From assembly GCA_030446745.1 (NCBI GenBank), contig JAUJMS010000006.1:4498-68497 (forward strand): DNA of 64,000 nt, written 5' to 3'. The stretch is from Egibacteraceae bacterium (GTDB taxonomy: Bacteria > Actinomycetota > Nitriliruptoria > Euzebyales > Egibacteraceae). This document shows positions 55,035 to 63,152 of this stretch, one piece after another (the stretch's first letter is position 1; every line of letters starts with the position of its first letter). A model generated the notes under the pieces. It did not search any database, had not been told where the DNA came from, and was given only the letters and a program-made list of their open reading frames with translations. A program made the translations under genes and the position numbers.

Positions 55035-57454
55035 CGTTGTGCCCCTTCGTCGCTGTTGTGCAACCGCTCGAGCACCTCCGCGGCGAGGCGCCGGTACGCC
55101 CGCGCGCCGCGCGACGAGGGGTCGAAGACGGTGATCGGCTGGCCATAACTCGGCGCTTCAGCCAGCCGGACGGAACGCGGGATGCGCGTGGTGAAGACGC
55201 GCTCGCCGAAGTGGGCGATGACCTCGTCGACGACCTGCTGACCCAATCGCGTCCGGGCGTCGAGCATCGTGAGCACGAACCCGGTGATCTCCAGCGCCGC
55301 GTTGAGGTTGTCCTTGATGAGCTCGGCGTTGCGCCGCAGTGCCCCGAGTCCCTCCAGGGCGTAGTACTCGCACTGGATCGGCACGACGACGCCGTCGGCG
55401 GCTGAGAGGGCGTTGACGGTCAACAGGCCGAGGCTCGGCGGGCAGTCGATGAGCACGACGTCGAAGTCGCTACGCACATGCTCCAGCGAGCGACGAAGCC
55501 GTTGTTCCCGGCTGAACGCCGTCACCAGCTCGATCTCGGCGCCGGCAAGGTCAATGGTCGCCGGCAACACGAACAGATTCCGCACACTCGTCGGCTCGAC
55601 GGCGTCAACGATGTCGGCGTTGGACACGAGCACGTCGTAGACGGTCGGCCGGCCGCTCGCGACCCGGACGCCAACGCCTGAGGTCGCGTTGCCTTGTGGA
55701 TCGAGGTCGACGAGCAGCACGCGGGCACCGAGGTCGGCGAGGGCCGCGGCCAGGCTCACCGCGGTCGTCGTCTTCCCGACCCCACCCTTCTGGTTGGCGA
55801 CGGTGAGCACCCGTGCCCGCTCGAACCGTGGCGCCGACACCGGCGTGGAGGCGGTGTCAAGCACAGCGCGGACGTCCTCGACCGCCGGGTCCAGGCGCGA
55901 TGGTTCCACGTGAAACAATGGCCCGGAGGCCACGGGGGCGGTCGCGAGATCCGGGGCGGCCGGGGCGTCAGCGTTGCGCACCGCTCCGGGCGCCGGGCGG
56001 TCGGCGGCGACCGGTACCTCAGCGCCCGCCGCGGGCGGCGACGCGCCGGCGGCCTCACCGCCGCCGGGAGCCGCGGCAGCACCGTGCTCCACGGTCGCGT
56101 CGTGCGATCCCCCCTCGTCCGCTCCGCCAGCGCCCTGTGTGGGTACGTCTCCAGGCCACTCACCGCGGACCGGGTGAGCGCCGGCGGTTTGGTCCGCATC
56201 CGCCGAGGCGTCCGGCGCGCCGCGCGGCGCCGAAACGCCAGATGGGGCCGCGGCGCCGCCGTCCTCGCCGAGGTGCATGACCGAGCCAGCGGACGCCTTG
56301 GCGGTCCGATCGCTACCCACCGCCGAAACGCCAGGCGTGGCCGCGGCCCCGCCGTGGCCGCCGACGTCCACGACCGAGCGGACGGACGCCCGGGCGGCCT
56401 CCTCCCTGTCGGCCGCCCCCACGGCGGCGGATGGCTCGGGTTCAGCGCCTGGGCCCATGTCAGCCGGAGCCTCCGTCGTCGGCATCTGCGACCCGGCGTG
56501 CGGACCGCGCTCGCGGTCAACGGCCGCCACCACGGGAGTCTCCGGCACGTGAGGCCGGGCCGGCACGGCGCCTCCGGCGCTCGCATGGACTGCGGTGCCG
56601 TCAGCATCGTCGGCGGGGGTGGCGTCCCGGCGCCTTTCGAACTCGGGCGCGGAGTCGTGAATCTCTCGTTTGGCCGGAACATCCAACGCGGTGTCGACCT
56701 CGCGTACGCCGCGCACCGCCGACGAGTCACCGCCGGTCGGCGGGTCGGGCATGTCGCGCGCGGCCGGAACGTCCGACCATCCGACAGCGGGACGGTCACG
56801 GTCTGGCGCCGACGAGCCCGAAGGCGACTTCAGGCTCGCGTTGCCGACATCGCCCTCGGCCGCCGGGTCCGGCACCTCCCGTACGGCCGGAACATCGGAC
56901 CGGGCGGCCGCGCCGGGTTCACCCAGCACCGGCGCCGACAGTCTTTGCGGCGCTGGCGCGCCCCAGTCGCCGCCATCAGCCTCCGCCCCTGGCTCGGGCA
57001 GCTCCCGCGCGGCCGGAACATCGAAGCCGGCGTGGACGCCTTGCTCATGCGCCGGCGCTGACGCGCCGGCCGACGCTTCCTCCCCGCCGTCGCCACCGCC
57101 CTTTGCCGCCGAATCGGACACCTCCCGCGCGGCCGGAACGTCGAACCGAACGGCGGCGCCGAGGTCCATGTCCCCGGCTGCCGCTCGGTGGCCGCCGCGG
57201 ACCGTTCCCTGGGGGTCGCCCGCGCCGGCCGCCAGTCGTCTCCCCGAGTCGCCATCGGCTCTCGGAACGTCCGACGTCGCCGCGACACCGTCGGCAGGGC
57301 GGGCTGGCGGCGCGGCGCCCGGCCGGGCCTCCGCGCCACGAACGATGCTGCCCCGGTTCGCGGGCGGCGCCGCGCCCGTGGGGCCCGGTTCGCCGTGCGC
57401 CTCGTCGCCAACGCCGGTACCGGCCCAGTACCGATACCAGCGTTGAGGGGTCAT
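55031..57454 (-). CDS. parA: ParA/Soj partitioning ATPase with a ~510-aa low-complexity N-terminal extension
   Basis: Core VLTVANQKGGVGKTTT, LLVDLDPQGN, VLIDCPPSLG. The frame stays open, with GC-rich third positions, up to ATG 57454, which overlaps the rsmG stop as ATGA. A shorter product from an internal start cannot be excluded. Confidence 0.75.
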   Translation of the reverse strand: MTPQRWYRYWAGTGVGDEAHGEPGPTGAAPPANRGSIVRGAEARPGAAPPARPADGVAATSDVPRADGDSGRRLAAGAGDPQGTVRGGHRAAAGDMDLGAAVRFDVPAAREVSDSAAKGGGDGGEEASAGASAPAHEQGVHAGFDVPAARELPEPGAEADGGDWGAPAPQRLSAPVLGEPGAAARSDVPAVREVPDPAAEGDVGNASLKSPSGSSAPDRDRPAVGWSDVPAARDMPDPPTGGDSSAVRGVREVDTALDVPAKREIHDSAPEFERRRDATPADDADGTAVHASAGGAVPARPHVPETPVVAAVDRERGPHAGSQMPTTEAPADMGPGAEPEPSAAVGAADREEAARASVRSVVDVGGHGGAAATPGVSAVGSDRTAKASAGSVMHLGEDGGAAAPSGVSAPRGAPDASADADQTAGAHPVRGEWPGDVPTQGAGGADEGGSHDATVEHGAAAAPGGGEAAGASPPAAGAEVPVAADRPAPGAVRNADAPAAPDLATAPVASGPLFHVEPSRLDPAVEDVRAVLDTASTPVSAPRFERARVLTVANQKGGVGKTTTAVSLAAALADLGARVLLVDLDPQGNATSGVGVRVASGRPTVYDVLVSNADIVDAVEPTSVRNLFVLPATIDLAGAEIELVTAFSREQRLRRSLEHVRSDFDVVLIDCPPSLGLLTVNALSAADGVVVPIQCEYYALEGLGALRRNAELIKDNLNAALEITGFVLTMLDARTRLGQQVVDEVIAHFGERVFTTRIPRSVRLAEAPSYGQPITVFDPSSRGARAYRRLAAEVLERLHNSDEGAQR
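55902..55917. promoter_or_regulatory. parS centromere-like site (15/16 to TGTTCCACGTGAAACA)
   Basis: GGTTCCACGTGAAACA inside parA, encoding LFHVEP just upstream of the ATPase core. Confidence 0.8.
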
Positions 57455-58173
57455 CGAGGCGGCCTTCCAAGCGGATGGCGACGCGGCATCCCGTCGCGGC
57501 GGGGGTAGCCCGCCGGCGGGTCGCCCACCGCTCGCATGGTAACAAGCCAGGTCGGTCGCTCGACGGTGGCGACGTCGCTGCTGTGCACATCGGCGAAGCG
57601 CAACAGCGACAGCGCCTGTCGCGCCTGCGCCAACTCCTCGCGCCACGCAGGACCCTTGACGGCGGCGAGGACACCGTCGGCTCGCAGGAAGCCGCGCGCC
57701 AGTTCGGCCAAGGTCACGAGCGGTGCAACGGCTCTCGCGATGACGCCGTCAAAGCTGCCGCGCTCGGCAGGCTCGTGCGCGACCGTCTCCGCCCGTCCGT
57801 GAAGCGCGGCGACGTTGTCCAGCCCCAACGTTGCCGCGAACGCCTCGACGGCCGCGATCTTCTTGCGCGTGGCATCGAGCAACACCCACGCGACGGTCGG
57901 ATACCGCACCGCGAGCACCAGTCCGGGCAGGCCGCCGCCCGTTCCGAGGTCGAGCCACCGCGAGCCGGGCGCGGGCGACAGCGCCGCCCCGACCGCAAGC
58001 GCTTCGCGAACGTGTCGCTCGTAGACGGTGGCGCGCTCGCCGGCTGCCACGAGGTTGTGCGGCGAATCCGCGATGAGGCCTGCCAAGCGACGCAGGACCG
58101 CGTCATCGGAATGGCTGTGACCTGCGGAAATGCCCTCACTCGCCCGCTGTGGCGAGTTACGCTGCGCCGCCAT
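57451..58173 (-). CDS. rsmG: 16S rRNA (guanine527-N7)-methyltransferase
   Basis: WLDLGTGGGLPGLVLA SAM motif, VIARAVAPL. Internal ATG with a GGGGAGGGG RBS gives 240 aa. Confidence 0.9.
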   Translation of the reverse strand: MAAQRNSPQRASEGISAGHSHSDDAVLRRLAGLIADSPHNLVAAGERATVYERHVREALAVGAALSPAPGSRWLDLGTGGGLPGLVLAVRYPTVAWVLLDATRKKIAAVEAFAATLGLDNVAALHGRAETVAHEPAERGSFDGVIARAVAPLVTLAELARGFLRADGVLAAVKGPAWREELAQARQALSLLRFADVHSSDVATVERPTWLVTMRAVGDPPAGYPRRDGMPRRHPLGRPPR

Positions 58174-58621
58174 ATCGAAGTACCCCTCCCCGCGGCCGTT
58201 GTCGCGCCCGCCCGACCGCAGAACGTGGCGTCCGGCGCGTCGACGAACGCGTCCGGCGACAGCGCTCTCACCGATCAGGCGAGGCTTCGGACTCCCACCC
58301 GTCACGACCGGTCACCGTGGCGCGGCGACGAGACGTCGCCCGACAGGGTGTCCCCGCTGCGGGCAGACGACGCTCGTAGGCGGTTTGCAGCCGAAGCCAT
58401 CACCTGCGTCGGGACCACACCTGCGAGGCGCTTCGTACTCGGCGCGTTGGCTGCTCACGGCTCGGCAGCGCACGGAGCCCGCTGGTGGCAGGCTATACCA
58501 GCCTCCCGTTGGATCTTCGGGTTGCGCGTGGCGAAACGGTTCCATGACGGCGGGGATGCGACTGGGCCGGTGGGCCGCCGTCCCCCGGCACCGGTCGTCT
58601 CAGGCTAAAGCGCACGCATGT

Positions 58622-58637
58622 CGTTTCACATGAAACC
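58622..58637. promoter_or_regulatory. degenerate parS-like site (13/16)
   Basis: CGTTTCACATGAAACC, 10 nt downstream of the jag stop, at the edge of the long jag-rsmG spacer. Confidence 0.4.
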
Positions 58638-58646
58638 CGAGTCGGA

Positions 58647-59249
58647 TTACCCCTCGGGGTGTAACACCACGCGGCGTCTGGGTTCGGCGCCCTCGCTCGA
58701 GGACGTCACGCCCCGCGTCTTGGCCGCGAGGTCGTGCATGAGTTTGCGCTCGTAGGCGTCCATCGGCTCGAGCGCCACCGGCTCGCCGGTTTCGCGGACC
58801 TGCGCGATGGCATCCCGGCAGCGGTCTCGCAACTTGTCGAGGTGTCGCCCGCGGTAGCCCTCGACGTCGACGCGCACGTGGGACCGTCGCTCGGTCTGGC
58901 GCTGCACCGCACAGCGGACAAGCTCCTGGAGGGCGTCGAGCGTGGCGCCACGGCGGCCGATGAGTAATCCCGAGCCAACGTCCTCGAGGTTGATGAGGGC
59001 CTGTTCGTCGGTGATCTCGATCTCGATGTCGCCGGGCAGGTCGAGTCGGTCGAGCAGGCCCTCGACAAAGTCGGCGGCCAGGTCTGCCTCTTGGTCGAGT
59101 TGCGCCATCCGCTCCTCGGGCGTGAGCTCCGCGACCTCGCCACCTGCGTCGGCCTCGGCGCCGCCCTGCGCCGTGGCTGCGTCGGTGTCCGTCACATCGG
59201 ATCCCTTCTGTCCGCGCCGGTCCGCCCCTACGGCGGCGGCACTGTCCAT
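58647..59249 (-). CDS. jag: Jag/KhpB-type RNA-binding protein (KH plus R3H)
   Basis: LLIGRRGATLDALQELV (KH GxxG), ERKLMHDL (R3H), VTSSSEG. Follows yidC. Confidence 0.85.
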   Translation of the reverse strand: MDSAAAVGADRRGQKGSDVTDTDAATAQGGAEADAGGEVAELTPEERMAQLDQEADLAADFVEGLLDRLDLPGDIEIEITDEQALINLEDVGSGLLIGRRGATLDALQELVRCAVQRQTERRSHVRVDVEGYRGRHLDKLRDRCRDAIAQVRETGEPVALEPMDAYERKLMHDLAAKTRGVTSSSEGAEPRRRVVLHPEG

Positions 59250-59312
59250 GTGGTGGTCAACCTACTGCCGCCGCTGCCGACGCCGCACGGCACGGCGGTC
59301 CGTTCCAGCGGC

Positions 59313-60047
59313 TCAGGTGGCCGCCCCGGAGCCGCGGAACATCACGTACTGCTGCGCGATGGTCCACACGTTCGTGGTGATCCAGTACAGCAGCACCCCG
59401 ATGTAGAGGTTGAGCGAGAAGAACACCAAGATCAGCGGCATCGCGTAGAGCATCATCTTCTGCTGCGCCTGCTGCTGACCGACCGCGGCGGTGTTGGCCA
59501 TCATCTGCTTGCTCGACAGGTACGTCGTCAGGCCCATCAGGAACACCAGCCCGTAGGCGGGCGCACCGATCTGGGTCACCGTCGCCGCGAGGTCGCGGAC
59601 AAAGTAAAACGAGGCGTCACGCAGCTCCGGCAGGCGCTCGGTGTTGCGCAGGACCGAGAACAGCGCGAAGAACACCGGCATCTGTGCCGCCAACGGCAGG
59701 CACCCCGCCGCCGGGTTGACGTTGTGCTCCTTGTACAGCGCCATCATGGCCTCTTGCTGCTTGGCCCGTTGGTCCCGATACTTCTCGGGATTCGTGCGCA
59801 TCAGCCCCCGCTCGGCTTTGTACTTGCTCTGGATTTTCTTCATCTCGGGCTGCAGCCGCTGCATGGCGCGCTGGGACCGCGTCTGCTTGACCGCCAACGG
59901 CAGCAGGAAGAGCCGTACCGCGATGGTGAGCAGGATGATCGCCCACCCCCAGGCCGCCGACGGCCCGAACAGCGGCGTGACGGCGCTGTGGAAGAACCGC
60001 AGCACCTGCTCGATGATGTCGAGCAATCCGTCCCAGGGGCCAGACAC
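59313..60047 (-). CDS. yidC: membrane protein insertase YidC (short, Gram-positive type)
   Basis: WGWAIILLTIAVRLFLLPL, MQRLQPEMKKIQSKYK, NPAAGCLPLAAQMPVFFALF, LYWITTNVWTIAQQ. GTG 60047 follows AGGAG. Confidence 0.9.
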   Translation of the reverse strand: MSGPWDGLLDIIEQVLRFFHSAVTPLFGPSAAWGWAIILLTIAVRLFLLPLAVKQTRSQRAMQRLQPEMKKIQSKYKAERGLMRTNPEKYRDQRAKQQEAMMALYKEHNVNPAAGCLPLAAQMPVFFALFSVLRNTERLPELRDASFYFVRDLAATVTQIGAPAYGLVFLMGLTTYLSSKQMMANTAAVGQQQAQQKMMLYAMPLILVFFSLNLYIGVLLYWITTNVWTIAQQYVMFRGSGAAT

Positions 60048-60072
60048 GACGTCTCCTGTTCTCCAAGCCCGC

Positions 60073-60333
60073 TTAGGGCGTCGCCGCGGCGCCGCGGCGC
60101 GGCGGCACGTGGTCGATCCCACCCGCACAGAACGGATGGCAGCGCGCGAGCCGACGCACGGTCAGCCAGCTGCCGTAGACCGCGCCGTGAGCCGTGAGCG
60201 CCTCGAGCGCGTAGGCCGAGCAGCTCGGCTCGAAGCGGCACGGGCTGGGCCCGGCGCGGGGCAGCCAGCGGTACGCACGCACGGGGACGCAGAGCAACCG
60301 CGCGGCAAGGCTCATCCGTCGCTGGCGCGTCAT
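60073..60333 (-). CDS. yidD: membrane protein insertion efficiency factor YidD
   Basis: YRWLPRAGPSPCRFEPSCSAYALEAL...RLARCHPF. Confidence 0.85.
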   Translation of the reverse strand: MTRQRRMSLAARLLCVPVRAYRWLPRAGPSPCRFEPSCSAYALEALTAHGAVYGSWLTVRRLARCHPFCAGGIDHVPPRRGAAATP

Positions 60334-60689
60334 GCCGGCGCGCCCGCCCGTGCCGCCACATTCGCTCGCGTTGTCGCGCGGTCCACCAGCGCCGCCACCT
60401 CCGCGCGCAGTGCGGCGTACTCGCGCTCCACCGCGGCCGCCCGCGCAACGACGACGAGGTCAGTCCCGGCCGGCAACACCGTGGTCGCCAGCGCGGCCCG
60501 TAGCCGTCGCTTCGCGCGGTTGCGCGCGACCGCCCCGCCGACCTTGCGCCCCGCCACCACGGCGGCGCGGGGCGGCGCGTCGTTCCCCAGACAACGGGCG
60601 TAGACGACCAACGCCCGGCCATGGGCGGACGTCCGAGCAGCGAGGACGGCTCGGATCTCGCGCGAGGCGGTCAATCGGCGGGCAGGCAT
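60330..60689 (-). CDS. rnpA: ribonuclease P protein component
   Basis: [17 protein letters not shown] (RNR motif). Stop overlaps the yidD start. Internal ATG 16 codons into the track ORF. Confidence 0.85.
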   Translation of the reverse strand: MPARRLTASREIRAVLAARTSAHGRALVVYARCLGNDAPPRAAVVAGRKVGGAVARNRAKRRLRAALATTVLPAGTDLVVVARAAAVEREYAALRAEVAALVDRATTRANVAARAGAPA

Positions 60690-60875
60690 GGCGAACTCGA
60701 ACATTTCCCGGCGCCGGCGCGGCGCCCTGCGACCCACGATAGGACGGCCCCCTCCGCGGCGCCGACGACGACGCGCCGACGACGTCCAAGCGCCGGCCTT
60801 GCCGACGTGCGCGACGGGCCCGCCGACGCCCTCCCGCCGGGCGGGCCCAGGCGCGGGCCGGGCGCGACCTCGGTG

Positions 60876-61010
60876 TCAGGCGGTGAGGCGCTTACGCCCC
60901 TTGGCCCGCCGACGCTTGACGATGGCCTGGCCCGCACGGTCTCGCATGCGTGCCGTGAACCCATGCTTGCGCTTGCGCCGTCGGTTGTTCGGCTGATACG
61001 TGCGCTTCAT
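60876..61010 (-). CDS. rpmH: 50S ribosomal protein L34
   Basis: Own translation: [44 protein letters not shown] (44 aa, too short for the track). Confidence 0.9.
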   Translation of the reverse strand: MKRTYQPNNRRRKRKHGFTARMRDRAGQAIVKRRRAKGRKRLTA

Positions 61011-61158
61011 CGCTGGCAGTCCAATGGTCGTGGCGCAAGCTCAACAGCGCCAATACGGCCCGCATGTGGTCGCGGACGCGGCATCCGCGCCGACTATCGA
61101 CCAGCAACCATAGGAAGGCCACGTCGAGGCGTCAACCAAGCGTCGCGCCACCTCGCGC

Positions 61159-61368
61159 TGTGGAGAACCCCTTGCGGCCCCATTTCAGCGCCCCGTATAC
61201 TCCAGCCGTCTTGCACGCCCGGCGGGCCACGGAGCGACTCCGCGACGCGTCGCCGTGCCGATACACCGCTTCCCCGGTGTCGCAGCCGACGCGTCTCGTC
61301 GTCGTTGCCACACCCGGTGGGTGCCGGAAGGTCCGTCTTTCCACACGTGTGGAAGGCGTTGTGGACAA
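61159..61368. promoter_or_regulatory. dnaA upstream region with DnaA boxes and a perfect 16-bp palindrome
   Basis: TGTGGAGAA (rc TTCTCCACA) 61159-61167. TTCCACACGTGTGGAA 61339-61354. TGTGGACAA (rc TTGTCCACA, perfect actinobacterial box) 61360-61368. Confidence 0.6.
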
Positions 61369-61436
61369 AGGTCTCCGGCACACCCCAGTCGCGCCGAACC
61401 GATCCGCGGTCCGGCAGCGCGCGAACAGGAGCAGCG

Positions 61437-62846
61437 GTGCCCGAAGCCACCCTCGTGGAGCTCGACGACCTGTGGACACGCTCCCTCGGCGAGCTGCAGG
61501 AGTCGTTGACCAGTGCGGCACTGCGGGCGTGGCTCGACGACACCCGCCCCGTGGGATTCAGCCAGGACACCGTCGTGCTCGCCGCACCTCACAGCTTCGC
61601 GCGCGAGCAGCTCGACGTCCGCTACGGCGCGGCGCTGCGCGGCGCGCTGACCCGCGCCGCGGGTCGGGCGCTCAACGTCGTCATCACCGTGCGCCCCGAA
61701 CCGGTGGCGCCGCCCGACGGCGTGCCGACGACCGCGGCGCCACCGACCGCCGAGGAGCGCCGTGCCTGGGCGCCGGAGCCCTTCGCCCGCGGCGGCGGTG
61801 ACCGTGCCACCCCGCTCAACGAGAACTACACCTTCGATCGGTTCGTGATCGGGGCGAGCAACCGCTTCGCGCACGCGGCGGCCTTCGCGGTCGCGGAGGC
61901 GCCGGCCAAGGCCTACAACCCGCTGTTCATCTACGGCAGCGCCGGCCTGGGCAAGACCCATCTGCTGCAAGCCGTCGGCCACTACACGACCAGCCTGTAC
62001 CCGTCGCTGAAGCTGCGCTACGTCACCTCCGAGCAGTTCACCAACGAGTTCATCGACGCGATCAGCAACCACCGCCAGGTGCCGTTCCAGCGCCGTTACC
62101 GCGACGTCGACGTCTTGCTCATCGACGACATCCAGTTCTTGGAGAACAAGGAGCGCACCCAGGAGGAGTTCTTCCACACCTTCAACGCGCTCCACAACGC
62201 CGAAAAGCAGATCGTGATCTCGTCGGACCGCCCGCCCAAGCAGATCGGCCACCTCGAAGACCGCCTCCGCACCCGGTTCGAGTGGGGGCTGATGACCGAC
62301 ATCCAGCCGCCGGACCTCGAGACGCGGCTGGCGATCCTGCGCAAGAAGTCGACCCACGACCGTATGCCGGTGCCCGACGACGTGCTCGAGCTCATCGCCA
62401 GCCGCATCCAGTCCAACATCCGCGAGCTGGAGGGCGCCCTGATCCGGGTGACGGCCGCCGGCAGCCTCCAGCACACCGAGGTCACGCTGCCGATGGCCCA
62501 GGTGGTGCTCAAAGACCTGTTCCCCGACGGCGGCAACTCCGAGATCTCGGTGACGCTGATCATGACCGAGACCGCTACCTACTTCGGCTTGACGCTGGAC
62601 GACCTGTGCTCGCCGAACCGGACCCGCCAGCTGGTCAACGCCCGCCAGATCGCCATGTACCTGACCCGGGAGCTGACCGACCTCAGCCTGCCCAAGATCG
62701 GCCAGGCCTTCGGTGGCCGGGACCACACCACGGTCATGCACGCCAACGCCAAGATCAGCGGTCTGATGAAGGAGCGCCCCGCGATCTACGAGCAGATCCA
62801 AGAGCTCACGAGCCGGGTCAAGACCAGCGCCCGCCGGGCGCGCTGA
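61437..62846 (+). CDS. dnaA: chromosomal replication initiator protein DnaA
   Basis: [63 protein letters not shown]-terminal DNA-binding HTTVMHA. GTG 61437 follows AGGAG. Confidence 0.95.
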   Translation: MPEATLVELDDLWTRSLGELQESLTSAALRAWLDDTRPVGFSQDTVVLAAPHSFAREQLDVRYGAALRGALTRAAGRALNVVITVRPEPVAPPDGVPTTAAPPTAEERRAWAPEPFARGGGDRATPLNENYTFDRFVIGASNRFAHAAAFAVAEAPAKAYNPLFIYGSAGLGKTHLLQAVGHYTTSLYPSLKLRYVTSEQFTNEFIDAISNHRQVPFQRRYRDVDVLLIDDIQFLENKERTQEEFFHTFNALHNAEKQIVISSDRPPKQIGHLEDRLRTRFEWGLMTDIQPPDLETRLAILRKKSTHDRMPVPDDVLELIASRIQSNIRELEGALIRVTAAGSLQHTEVTLPMAQVVLKDLFPDGGNSEISVTLIMTETATYFGLTLDDLCSPNRTRQLVNARQIAMYLTRELTDLSLPKIGQAFGGRDHTTVMHANAKISGLMKERPAIYEQIQELTSRVKTSARRAR

Positions 62847-63152
62847 CCTGTGGAGACGGCGGGGACGGCGGCGGGGACAGGCGGTGGACAACGCGGAGCG
62901 GCCCACAGTGCCACCGTTGGCATTCGCGTCGATGTGCACAAGCCGGCGGTTGCCCACAGCGGCGTCACAGCGCCACCCCCACGTCGCCCACACACGCGTC
63001 GGCCCGCTGACCAGCGACAGGGCGGGTCGTCCCCAAGCGTGGCGTTGCTCTACGACGGTGAAGATCTTGAATCGATGAACCACCTTTGAACCCGGCAGCG
63101 CACGCGGACGTGGACAACCCGCCCGCGGCCGTCCGCCAACCAGGAGGATGCG
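62847..63152. other. putative oriC (dnaA-dnaN intergenic DnaA-box cluster plus an AT-richer patch)
   Basis: Boxes (rc) GTCTCCACA 62849-57, TTGTCCACC 62883-91, TTGTGCACA 62933-41; direct TTGCCCACA 62950-58; (rc) TTGTCCACG 63109-17. AT-richer GAAGATCTTGAATCGATGAACCACCTTTGAA at ~63060-63092. Confidence 0.65.

Noticed and set aside
58560-58620. TPP-riboswitch-like CCUGAGA on the minus strand upstream of rsmG
   Set aside because: No ACCC/GAACCUGAUC/GGGA partners, and the downstream gene is unrelated to thiamine.
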